A stretch of DNA of 44,966 nucleotides. Source: a virus. Below, piece after piece: positions 26,130 to 35,616 of this stretch. The notes under the pieces were generated by a model. It ran no database searches. It was not told the DNA's origin and was given only the letters and a program-made list of their open reading frames with translations. The position numbers were made by a program, and so were the translations under genes. Within the stretch, counting starts at the first letter, position 1. Each line of letters begins with the position of its first letter. Location of the stretch: the IMG/VR virus record IMGVR_UViG_3300045988_027444. One strand, written 5' to 3'.

Positions 26130-29100
26130 TAAAACATTCAACGTGAGGGCGATACTGTCAGCACAAGATAACGGCTTATCTAGCGCCCTGAAGAACGCCC
26201 AAAAGCAAGCCGAATCACTCGGTAAGAGTAGCAAGGGCTTAGGCTCAATGTTTAAGAGTGTACTCGGTGCTAACCTTGTTAGTGCTGGGATTACCAAAGG
26301 TATCGGTGCTATAACCAGCGGTATCGGCGGTATGATGACCGAGCTTAACAACTCAACGAAGGCTTGGAAAACATTCGATGGGAGCTTAAGCCAACTAGGC
26401 TGGGGGCAAACAGAAATTGCGTCAGCCAAAAAGGCTATGCAAGACTATGCAACACAGACAATTTATTCTGCCTCTGACATGGGTACTACATTCTCTCAGA
26501 TGGCTGCAATCGGTCGTAGCGATGCTGGGGATTTGGTAAAAGCTATGGGTGGTCTTGCCGCTTCTGCCGAGAACCCTAAACAGGCAATGAAGACGCTGAG
26601 CCAACAAATGGTTCAAGCGATGACCAAACCTAAAATTCAATGGCAAGACTTCAAGCTGATGATGGAACAGTCACCAGCAGGGATGGCTGCCGTCGCCCGG
26701 GAAATGGGAATGTCTCTTGATGATCTTGTAAGCAAAATTCAAAACGGTGAAATTAAGACTGAAGACTTTGCAGAAGCGTTTAAACGGGCTGGCGATTCCA
26801 TGCAGAGCTTGGCTACTAGGTACAAATCTGTAGACGAAGCCGTTGACGGGCTCTACGAAACGGTTTCAACTAAATTGCAACCAGTTTTTGAACAGCTTAG
26901 CAACAAGGCAATCAGAGGAATCGAGGGAATCATTGATGCTCTTGGCAAAATTGATGAACAACCGATTCAGAAGTTCGCAAACGGACTCGATAAAGCAATT
27001 GACCAAGTTGTAAAAGGGGTCAGCCAAACTGTCCAAGCATTTTGGAAAGGTTTTAGTAATACAGGAGCCATCAAGGGTTTAGCAAATGCGTTTAAGTATG
27101 TTTCTACTCAAGCCAAAGCAGCGCTAAAAGCCATAGATTTCAAGGGCATATTCCAAGGGCTAGGCACTGGCATTGGCGACATTGTTAGTGGGCTATCAAG
27201 AGGTTTAACTGTTGCTACTAGGTCGGTTAAGAGCTTTATCGGCTCGTTTTCGGACACTGGCGCATTCAAAGCTTTTAAATCAGCGATAGAAGACGCTTGG
27301 GGGGCTGTTAAAACCATTGGGACTTCAATTGGCGATGTGTTTAGTAGCTCTGAGATGCAGACGATTATCTCAGCGCTAGGGACAGCTTTTGGGACGTTAA
27401 CAAAATGGATATCTCAAGCCGTTTCAGCAGTGTCTAAGTTTGTAAGCTCTATCCCTAAAGGCGTGCTCAATGGCATCACTAGTGGCATTTTAGCCATGGT
27501 AGCAGGCTTCATGACTGCCAAGGCTGGACTTTCGGTGTTTGATACTGCTATGCGAGGTCTGAACTGGATTAAGTCATTTAATCCGTTTAGCGCCTTTAAA
27601 AATAAAGCCACCGAGGGTCTTAACGGGGCTACGAATAGTGTTAAACGCTCTAAGTCAACGATAGCCCAGTTGTTCAGTGGGATATCCAACGTAATCAAAT
27701 CATCCGGAAACGCAATCAAAGGAATCTTGACAGCTATATTCAAAGGTATAGCTGAAACTTACAAAGGCTTCGGACAAGGTCTAAAACTCGCCTTGCAAGG
27801 TCTCAAGGGATTAAGTTCGGCTCAAATACTATCGTTTGCGACTGGTGTCGCTATCGCAGCGGTCGGAATTGGTGCAGGTATTGCTATTATCGTTGCTTCA
27901 TTCACGCTACTAGCCACTCAATCGCAAGGTGTTTCACAAATCTTAAACGCTCTAGGTTCAGCCTTTAGCACTGTCGTGCAAGGTATCGGCAAGGCGGCAG
28001 GCACTATCATTGAAGCCTTTGGAACTGCTTTTGGCATTGTCGTTAAGGCAGTGGGAGAAGCTGCGCCTGGACTTGCTAAATTAGCGCCATTAGTAGAGGC
28101 TGCCGGAACTGCTCTTGGAAATGCAGCGCCATTCGTTACAGCGTTTGGATCAGCACTGACTTCTATTTTGGGAGTGTTGCCAACCATTATTGACGCATTG
28201 ACTAATTGGGTTACTGCTTTGGGCGCTGCAATCAGTGGAATCATCGAGGTATTCACTCCGATTGTTCAAATCATTAGCGACACCATCACGGCAGTAACTC
28301 AGATTATCGCTAACGCAATCGTGGCAATCGCACCGGTTATCTCAAATTGTATTGTCCAAGTTGCTCAAGTGATTGGCCAATTTGGGCCACAGATTGCAAT
28401 GGTTTTACAAGTAATCGTACAAGCCATTCAAACAACGGCACCAGTCATTATGACCTTGATTCAAGGGATTGTTACAGTCGTTCAGACGATGGCTCCAGTC
28501 ATTAGTCAAGTGATTTCTGCCATTGTTACGGTTGTTCAAACTCTCGCACCTATAATCAGCCAAATCATTTCAGCTATTGTTACAGCCATAACACAAATTG
28601 TGCCTATCATCACGGCAATTGGTGGTGTAATTAGTGCTGCATTCTCTGGAATTGCATCAGTCGTATCAGCGGCAGGAATGGCAATCGCTACGGCTGCAAT
28701 GGGTATTGGTACAGCTATTAGTACGGCGCTTAGTGGTGTTGCTAATGTTATTAGTTCAGTTGGTTCTGCGATTGGTACAGCACTACAAGGCATTGCTGAC
28801 GTAGTGCAATCAGTCGGCACATCTATCGCTACAGCGGCGCAAGGTATCGGTGACGGTATCAAATCAGCGTTTGAAGGCATTTCAAGCGTAATTACCTCTG
28901 CAGGTAGCGCTATTAAATCAGTTCTCGATGGCTTAGCTAACGTTTTCAACTCAATCGGCACTGCCGCTCAAAAAGCAGGTTCTGGTTTCAATCAGCTTGC
29001 TAATGGTGTGGTTAAGATTACCAATACCAACCTCGGTGACATGGCTGCATCTCTTGCGGCAGTCGCCAAAGGCGTTGGTTCAATCGGTAACAATTCGGCT

Positions 29101-30759
29101 GGGTTGGCGCAAGCTGGTACTGGCATGACACAGCTTGGTAATGGGATGAGCAAGGTGTCTAGCTCGGCTTCTAGCGCTGTTGTAGGTTTAAGTCATTTCT
29201 CAAGCACGATTACAAGTATTCAATCGTCGTTCACTAATCTACAATCACTATTGACCACAGCAGGAACAGCATTTAGCACATTCTCTAGCCAAGCTAGTCA
29301 ATCGCTCAGTGGTCTAACTGCAATTGTGGGACCTATCACAGCCTTCAGAACACAAATCATGACACTTGCGCCAGCATTGATGCAAGCTGCTACTGGGTTG
29401 ACTCAATTCAGTGCAGTTTCAACGTCATTGACTTCTAGCATGACTTCGGTTAATGCAAGTATGACTACATTGACTGCTAGTCTAACCAGTCTCGCTAGTC
29501 AATTAACTATGATTACTGCTGGCATGTCTACAATGTCATCAAGCACGACTATGTTAGGCACTAGCCTAACTCTCGTAGGTACTCAATTCACCATGATTGG
29601 TACCGCCTTGACTATGCTTAATAGCCAATTTACGACCTTCACAACCGCATTGTCTACAATCAACAGTCAACTATTAGTTGCCACATCGGGCGTGACAATG
29701 TTTGGGGCACAATTCACAATGCTCGGGACAATCCTGTCTATGCTCAATAGCCAATTAACAATGGTCGGGGCATCTATTCAAGCGGCGACTACACAGTTCA
29801 CTGCAATGAACGCAAGCCTTACTGCCGTTGGTGCTACAGTGGCACTGATTAGTAGCCAATTTACTATGGTAATTGCGAGTGTCATGCAATTGACAGCCTC
29901 AATTGCTTTGATTCCAGCGCAGTTCAACTTGGTTGCGTCAAGTGCCACAATGGCTACGACTGCCATTATGCAAATTGGAACATTAGCGCCACTGATTGGT
30001 GTAGCAATGAACAACGCAGCGGCACAAGTGCAATCAGCAATGCAAAGAATGGCGCAAGCTGTTCAATCGAATGGTCAGCGAATGATTCAGATGGGTCAAC
30101 AGGCTGGTCAACAAACTGGACAAGCTATTGCTCAAGGGATCCAATCGGCGGTTGGTGCTGTATCTTCTGCAATGGGTGCGCTAGTTAATGCGGCACAAGC
30201 CCGTGCTATGGCTGGTGTAGGTGCTATGCGAGCAGCAGGGGCAATGATTGGTCAAGGTTTGGCCGCTGGTATGATGTCTGCTCTTGGTGCGGTAACGGCT
30301 GCTGCTAACGCCCTTGTAGCCCAAGCAGAGCGTGCAGCTCAGGCAAAAGCTAGGATCCATTCACCATCACGACTATTCCGTGATGAAGTCGGTATCTACA
30401 TTGGCCAAGGGATGGCTGTAGGTATTGATAGAAGTGTAAAATTTGTCAAAGACTCTATCAAAGAAATGATTGATGTGGCTAGTGAGTACGCAATAGATTC
30501 TAGAAACTTGTTCGAAGACAACGACTTGTTTGATGGCTTTGGTGGTGGTTTAATTCGTGGTAGCGTTGATTTGTCGGTTCGAGACGATAGTAGAATGGAC
30601 CGTCTCGAGCAAGCAATGGATATCATCACTGAACTAATCGGTCGTCCAATCTCATTGAGTGTCGATGGTCGAGAGTTTGCATACGCTACAGGAGACGATT
30701 TGACTTCATACCAGAAAGATAAAGATTTTACTTACAAACGCATGAGAGGTATTAAATAA
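26122..30759 (+). CDS. Tape measure protein (1545 aa)
   Basis: Size, position, and very long Ala/Ile/Val/Thr/Ser/Gly/Gln-rich repetitive core. Confidence 0.9.
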   Translation: MADKTFNVRAILSAQDNGLSSALKNAQKQAESLGKSSKGLGSMFKSVLGANLVSAGITKGIGAITSGIGGMMTELNNSTKAWKTFDGSLSQLGWGQTEIASAKKAMQDYATQTIYSASDMGTTFSQMAAIGRSDAGDLVKAMGGLAASAENPKQAMKTLSQQMVQAMTKPKIQWQDFKLMMEQSPAGMAAVAREMGMSLDDLVSKIQNGEIKTEDFAEAFKRAGDSMQSLATRYKSVDEAVDGLYETVSTKLQPVFEQLSNKAIRGIEGIIDALGKIDEQPIQKFANGLDKAIDQVVKGVSQTVQAFWKGFSNTGAIKGLANAFKYVSTQAKAALKAIDFKGIFQGLGTGIGDIVSGLSRGLTVATRSVKSFIGSFSDTGAFKAFKSAIEDAWGAVKTIGTSIGDVFSSSEMQTIISALGTAFGTLTKWISQAVSAVSKFVSSIPKGVLNGITSGILAMVAGFMTAKAGLSVFDTAMRGLNWIKSFNPFSAFKNKATEGLNGATNSVKRSKSTIAQLFSGISNVIKSSGNAIKGILTAIFKGIAETYKGFGQGLKLALQGLKGLSSAQILSFATGVAIAAVGIGAGIAIIVASFTLLATQSQGVSQILNALGSAFSTVVQGIGKAAGTIIEAFGTAFGIVVKAVGEAAPGLAKLAPLVEAAGTALGNAAPFVTAFGSALTSILGVLPTIIDALTNWVTALGAAISGIIEVFTPIVQIISDTITAVTQIIANAIVAIAPVISNCIVQVAQVIGQFGPQIAMVLQVIVQAIQTTAPVIMTLIQGIVTVVQTMAPVISQVISAIVTVVQTLAPIISQIISAIVTAITQIVPIITAIGGVISAAFSGIASVVSAAGMAIATAAMGIGTAISTALSGVANVISSVGSAIGTALQGIADVVQSVGTSIATAAQGIGDGIKSAFEGISSVITSAGSAIKSVLDGLANVFNSIGTAAQKAGSGFNQLANGVVKITNTNLGDMAASLAAVAKGVGSIGNNSAGLAQAGTGMTQLGNGMSKVSSSASSAVVGLSHFSSTITSIQSSFTNLQSLLTTAGTAFSTFSSQASQSLSGLTAIVGPITAFRTQIMTLAPALMQAATGLTQFSAVSTSLTSSMTSVNASMTTLTASLTSLASQLTMITAGMSTMSSSTTMLGTSLTLVGTQFTMIGTALTMLNSQFTTFTTALSTINSQLLVATSGVTMFGAQFTMLGTILSMLNSQLTMVGASIQAATTQFTAMNASLTAVGATVALISSQFTMVIASVMQLTASIALIPAQFNLVASSATMATTAIMQIGTLAPLIGVAMNNAAAQVQSAMQRMAQAVQSNGQRMIQMGQQAGQQTGQAIAQGIQSAVGAVSSAMGALVNAAQARAMAGVGAMRAAGAMIGQGLAAGMMSALGAVTAAANALVAQAERAAQAKARIHSPSRLFRDEVGIYIGQGMAVGIDRSVKFVKDSIKEMIDVASEYAIDSRNLFEDNDLFDGFGGGLIRGSVDLSVRDDSRMDRLEQAMDIITELIGRPISLSVDGREFAYATGDDLTSYQKDKDFTYKRMRGIK

Positions 30760-32294
30760 TGGCTGTGTTTCAATTCAATGGATACGATTTGAACGATTAC
30801 TTTAAATTAATCAAAGTGTCGCACGAAATCGGGAATGAACGCAACATAACGACGGATTCAGCCCCTAAAATCGGGGTCAATATTCAACAAGTTGCGTTTG
30901 GTGCAAAAAAAATCAAACTTACTGTTAGTTTAGCGACAAGACATCTTGAAGACATTGCTTTCGTAGACCCGAACGAGCCAGCCAAAGTTGATAACGGCAT
31001 GTTTTATCGTGTCAGGGAACAAGCGGCTAGAGTGTTGCATTCTGACAAACCTGTTAAGTTGAGATTGCCAGACGAACCAGACAGATACTATCTGGCTATA
31101 GTAAAAGGTGATGTTAGTTTAAAAGGCATTTCCGACTGGTATGACCAAGCTGAAATTGAATTCATGGTCCCAGATGGAGTCGCACACTCAACTACATATC
31201 GAAGTTTCGAAACTCCTAAAACAGAAAACGGCAAACTGGTATTTGACCTTGTCAACGACGGATCAGTTGATGCGCATCCGATAATCACAGTGAAGCACAA
31301 TAGTGAGAATGGCTATATCGGATTGGTTAACAGTAGTGGTATTTTGGAGCTTGGCGATAGGCAAAAAGGGGATACAGAGACTTACAAGCAGTCAGAGGTC
31401 TTGTTTGATTACGCTTCATCTAATGGACAACACAGAATCCCTAACGGATTGTCACAAGGTTTGAAAAACGTTGGTATCACGAATGATAGCAACGATACCA
31501 GACCGAACGGCACGCTTTACATCGACAACGCTTGGGGTCGCCCCCACATTGCGTTGCAGAGCGGTCAGACAGCGTCGGTTACATTTGATATCCCAAGGGA
31601 TTCCAGCGGTGTAAAAGGCGCTCTGTACGAGTACTTCTGGTGGAGGCAAATTTTTTGGCTAGGCTCTGCAGATCAGATGGGTTATTTGAAAATTAGTGTC
31701 ACAGATGCAAGCAGAACTTTTTTGTATGGCGTCGAAACCTACAAACGTGGTAGCGGTCTGGGTTGTGAATACAACTTTTTAGCCAGCGATGGCAGGGGAG
31801 GCTACCGTTTTGTTGACAGAAAGCAGTTTCTAGGGACACACATAGAAGAGCACAACCCGTTTAACGAACCTAGAGGGTGGTCAGACATCCAAAGGTTTGA
31901 CGATGTCGTCCAATTTTACTGGTGGGGGTCTTACCCTAGATATACCATTCCTGAAATCAAAGGTAAGAAATCGGATAAAATCCACATTATCTTCAGCAAG
32001 ATTGGGAACGCACCGCAAGTTAGCCACATGTACTTAGATGATTTCATCTATCGCAAAGACTATGTTGTAGGGGTTCGCAAAGTTCCCAATCGATATAGAG
32101 CTGGTGGAGAAGTTGTGATAAACAGCGAGAATGACACTGTACTAGTAGATAATATTTCGAAAATCGTTGACGTTGTGCAAGGCTCTGACTTCATCACAAT
32201 TCCTCCTGGCAAGTCTCAACTCGAAGTTTATTGCTCAAGATGGGTCACGAACAAGCCCTCTGTGTCTGTAAAATTTGAAGAAAGGTATTTGTAA
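30759..32294 (+). CDS. Distal tail protein (Dit, siphovirus tail family)
   Basis: Immediately follows the tape measure gene with an ATG/TAA overlap. 511 aa. Confidence 0.75.
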   Translation: MAVFQFNGYDLNDYFKLIKVSHEIGNERNITTDSAPKIGVNIQQVAFGAKKIKLTVSLATRHLEDIAFVDPNEPAKVDNGMFYRVREQAARVLHSDKPVKLRLPDEPDRYYLAIVKGDVSLKGISDWYDQAEIEFMVPDGVAHSTTYRSFETPKTENGKLVFDLVNDGSVDAHPIITVKHNSENGYIGLVNSSGILELGDRQKGDTETYKQSEVLFDYASSNGQHRIPNGLSQGLKNVGITNDSNDTRPNGTLYIDNAWGRPHIALQSGQTASVTFDIPRDSSGVKGALYEYFWWRQIFWLGSADQMGYLKISVTDASRTFLYGVETYKRGSGLGCEYNFLASDGRGGYRFVDRKQFLGTHIEEHNPFNEPRGWSDIQRFDDVVQFYWWGSYPRYTIPEIKGKKSDKIHIIFSKIGNAPQVSHMYLDDFIYRKDYVVGVRKVPNRYRAGGEVVINSENDTVLVDNISKIVDVVQGSDFITIPPGKSQLEVYCSRWVTNKPSVSVKFEERYL

Positions 32295-35200
32295 TGCTAT
32301 TAACGATTCACGACGCCAACTTACAAAAGATTGGCTTCATTGATAACGAAAAACAAGAAACGTTAAACTTCTACGACGATACTTGGACTCGCAATCTTGA
32401 GACGGCATCTAGCACGTTCGAGTTTACCGTTTCGAAAAAGGAATTGTTGAGCGATGCAGCAAACCAACCGCTTTACAATCAACTAAACGAACGCTCTTTC
32501 ATTTCCTTCAAACACAATGGCCAAACGTACTTGTTTAATATTATGAAAGTTGAAGAGAATGAGCGATGGGTGAGATGTTACTGTGAGAACCTGAACCTTG
32601 AGTTGATAAATGAGTACACGAATGCTTACAAGGCTGAAAAAGCTATGTCATTTGCAGAATATCTCAATGCGTTTGATATTCCTCAATTTGCAATGGTAAC
32701 GCTCGCTGTCAATGAAGTCTCTGACCAGAAAAAAACACTTGAATGGGAGGGACAAGACACGAAGTTAGCAAGGTTGTTGAGCTTAGCTAATAAATTTAAT
32801 GCTGAAGTTGAATTTGTGACTAGACTTAATGACGATAGCTCTATTAAACAGCTCGTTCTGAATGTTTACCATCAAGCGGACGATTCACACGCTGGCGTAG
32901 GTCGAATTCGTAGCGATATCCGTCTGACGTTTGAAAAGAACATCAAATCGATGACGAGAAAAGTTGATAAGACCGAAATCTATACAATGATTGTCCCGTA
33001 CGGGAAGGCAAAAGAGCAACCCGAGAACGGCCCTGAAGTGCGAGTCTATATCGATGGTCTCCCGGCTTGGGAGGAAAAGAATGACAAAGGGATTGTTATC
33101 TTCAAACAAGAGGGCAATTGTCTCTATGCACCTCATGCAGCCAACTTGTACCCTTCGACTTTTGGGGCTTCGACTCAAGATAATAAGTGGATTCGAAAGG
33201 ATTTAGAAGTTGACAGTGATGATCCGAAAGTTATCCGTGCTGCAGGGATTGCGAATTTGCGAAAGAATGCCTATCCAGCTATCACTTACGAAGTCGATGG
33301 GTTCGTTGATGTTGAGATAGGGGATACTATCACAATTCACGACAAGGGCTTTGTCCCGTCGCTCGACGTAAGGGCTCGTGCTATTGAGCAAAAGATTAGT
33401 TTTAGCAATCCAGCAAATAACACAACAACTTTCGGTAATTTCAAAGAGCTTGAAACTAGGACGTCGGGAGACCTTAGAACCGTCTTCGAACGGATGGTTG
33501 AGAACAGTAGACCTTACAGCATCCTTTTTTCGACGGATAACGGTGTTATCTTTAAAAACAATACAGGGCAGTCAACGCTGCGTCCAACATTAAAGCGAGG
33601 AAATCAGACGGTTAATGCAACTTATCGATTTGTAATTGACGGTTCTATCGTTGGGGCTGGGCTAACTTACACTGTGAGCGCAAGCAAGATTACCAAACCC
33701 ACTGTAATTACAGTTTCGGCTTGGGTAGGTGAGAAAGAAGTTGCTAGCGATGAAATCACGTTCGTCGGTGTTTCTGACGGATTAAACGGCCGAGATGGTC
33801 GAGATGGCATCGCTGGAAAAAACGGGGTTGGGATAAGAGGCACGACGGTTCTTTATGGAATTTCAGCATCAGATAGCATTACACCCGGAACATGGTCTCA
33901 AACACCTCCGAAATTAATTCAAGGTCAATGGCTTTGGACTAAGACCATCTGGGCTTATACCGATAATACAAATGAGACCGGTTATCAGAAAAACTATATT
34001 GCCAGAGATGGCAACAGTGGCGTTGATGGTATTCCGGGCAAAGATGGTGTCGGTATTCATAGCACCGCAATCACCTACGCTAAAGGGGTATCTGGGACAG
34101 TCCCACCAACAACTGGTTGGGTTAGCCAAGTACCTAGCGTACCAGCTGGGCAATACCTCTGGACTAAAACAGTTTGGAGCTACACAGATAACACTAACGA
34201 AACTGGATACTCAGTTTCTAAAATCGGGGAACAAGGGGCTAAAGGCGATAAAGGCGACACTGGGCCTAAAGGAGACCAAGGTATTCCCGGTGTTAAGGGG
34301 GCTGATGGAAAAACACAGTACACCCACATTGCTTACGCTGACACCGTGTCTGGTAGCGGTTTTAGCCAGACCGACACTGACAAGGCTTTCATCGGTATGT
34401 ACCAAGATTTCAATACTACGGGTAGTCGGAATCCACAAGACTATCGCTGGTCTAAATGGAAAGGTAGTGATGGCCGTGATGGTATTCCAGGTAAAGCTGG
34501 AGCAGACGGACGAACGCCTTACGTCCATTTTGCTTACGCCGATAGCGCTGATGGTCGAACTGGTTTCAGTCTAACGCAAGATGGGACCAAGCGGTATCTG
34601 GGTATATGTACTAACTTTGATAAGGCAAATAGCACTAACCCAGCTGATTACTCTTGGAATGACACTGCTGGTAGCGTGTCTGTCGGTGGTCGCAACCTCT
34701 TAAAAGGCTCGAAAGGACCTTTTAAGCCGGATAAAAAACCAACGAATTTTGATAATAATGTTTTGTACAAAACCGAAACTTCTGTTTACTTAGAGCAAAA
34801 CCAAAAGTATCTTGTTAGCGCAAAATCAGACGGTAATTTTACTGCTCTACACAATGCAAATGTTGAGAGCGATAATGTGACACTTTGGTTGATTGATGAT
34901 AAATACCAAAATTATCAGATTGTATCTGATTTAAAAACGGGTACTACAGGAACGCAGATTACTTGGGTTAAACCAACAGGGAACTATCATCTACGTGTCA
35001 ACACATATCACAAAACAGCTAGCAAATCTGTTTGGGAAGTGAAAATCGAAAAAGGAACAGTCAAAACGGACTGGACCCCTGCAATTGAAGATGTACAAGA
35101 GGACATCGATTCCAAAGCCGACCAAGTTTTGACACAAGCACAGCTCAATAAGCTCAACGAAGTTAATTCAGTGGTACAAGCCGAGCTTGAGGCTAAAGCC

Positions 35201-35614
35201 TCTCTTGAGATACTTAATCAATGGGTGAAGGCATACCAAGATTTTGTTAATGCAAATAACGCCAACCGAGCACAAGCTGAGAAGAATTTGGCTGACGCAA
35301 GCGCTCGTGTGGCTAAGCTAGAGAACAATCTGAATGATATGTCAGAACGTTGGAACTTTATCGACAGCTACATGACTTCATCGAACGAAGGGCTTGTTAT
35401 CGGTAAAACCGACAACTCCAGCTCTATGCTATTCAGCCCAAACGGTCGTATTTCGATGTTCTCAGCTGGGAATGAAGTAATGTATATCTCACAAGGTGTG
35501 ATTCACATTGAGAACGGTATTTTCTCGAAAACTATCCAAATTGGACGCTATCGAGAAGAACAGGATTTCATCAATCCTGACAGGAACGTGATTAGATATG
35601 TGGGAGGTAGTTAA
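32294..35614 (+). CDS. Tail-associated / host-specificity protein with collagen-like repeats
   Basis: Prophage-tail N-terminus, four Gly-X-Y tracts, duplicated modules and a C-terminal coiled coil. Confidence 0.8.
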   Translation: MLLTIHDANLQKIGFIDNEKQETLNFYDDTWTRNLETASSTFEFTVSKKELLSDAANQPLYNQLNERSFISFKHNGQTYLFNIMKVEENERWVRCYCENLNLELINEYTNAYKAEKAMSFAEYLNAFDIPQFAMVTLAVNEVSDQKKTLEWEGQDTKLARLLSLANKFNAEVEFVTRLNDDSSIKQLVLNVYHQADDSHAGVGRIRSDIRLTFEKNIKSMTRKVDKTEIYTMIVPYGKAKEQPENGPEVRVYIDGLPAWEEKNDKGIVIFKQEGNCLYAPHAANLYPSTFGASTQDNKWIRKDLEVDSDDPKVIRAAGIANLRKNAYPAITYEVDGFVDVEIGDTITIHDKGFVPSLDVRARAIEQKISFSNPANNTTTFGNFKELETRTSGDLRTVFERMVENSRPYSILFSTDNGVIFKNNTGQSTLRPTLKRGNQTVNATYRFVIDGSIVGAGLTYTVSASKITKPTVITVSAWVGEKEVASDEITFVGVSDGLNGRDGRDGIAGKNGVGIRGTTVLYGISASDSITPGTWSQTPPKLIQGQWLWTKTIWAYTDNTNETGYQKNYIARDGNSGVDGIPGKDGVGIHSTAITYAKGVSGTVPPTTGWVSQVPSVPAGQYLWTKTVWSYTDNTNETGYSVSKIGEQGAKGDKGDTGPKGDQGIPGVKGADGKTQYTHIAYADTVSGSGFSQTDTDKAFIGMYQDFNTTGSRNPQDYRWSKWKGSDGRDGIPGKAGADGRTPYVHFAYADSADGRTGFSLTQDGTKRYLGICTNFDKANSTNPADYSWNDTAGSVSVGGRNLLKGSKGPFKPDKKPTNFDNNVLYKTETSVYLEQNQKYLVSAKSDGNFTALHNANVESDNVTLWLIDDKYQNYQIVSDLKTGTTGTQITWVKPTGNYHLRVNTYHKTASKSVWEVKIEKGTVKTDWTPAIEDVQEDIDSKADQVLTQAQLNKLNEVNSVVQAELEAKASLEILNQWVKAYQDFVNANNANRAQAEKNLADASARVAKLENNLNDMSERWNFIDSYMTSSNEGLVIGKTDNSSSMLFSPNGRISMFSAGNEVMYISQGVIHIENGIFSKTIQIGRYREEQDFINPDRNVIRYVGGS

Positions 35615-35616
35615 TC

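Noticed and set aside
26118-30629. Many long minus-strand ORFs lie inside the tape measure gene, for example 26118-26429, 27414-27743, 27918-28256, 28536-28961 and 29778-30014.
   Set aside because: They are artefacts of the Ala/Gly/Ile/Thr-rich codon bias of the tape measure gene. They have no RBS and low-complexity translations.
33972-34574. A 200-aa alternative-frame plus-strand ORF, and a 105-aa antisense ORF, lie inside the tail protein gene.
   Set aside because: They coincide with the Gly-X-Y (GGN NNN NNN) tracts, which suppress stops in other frames. The translations are not protein-like.
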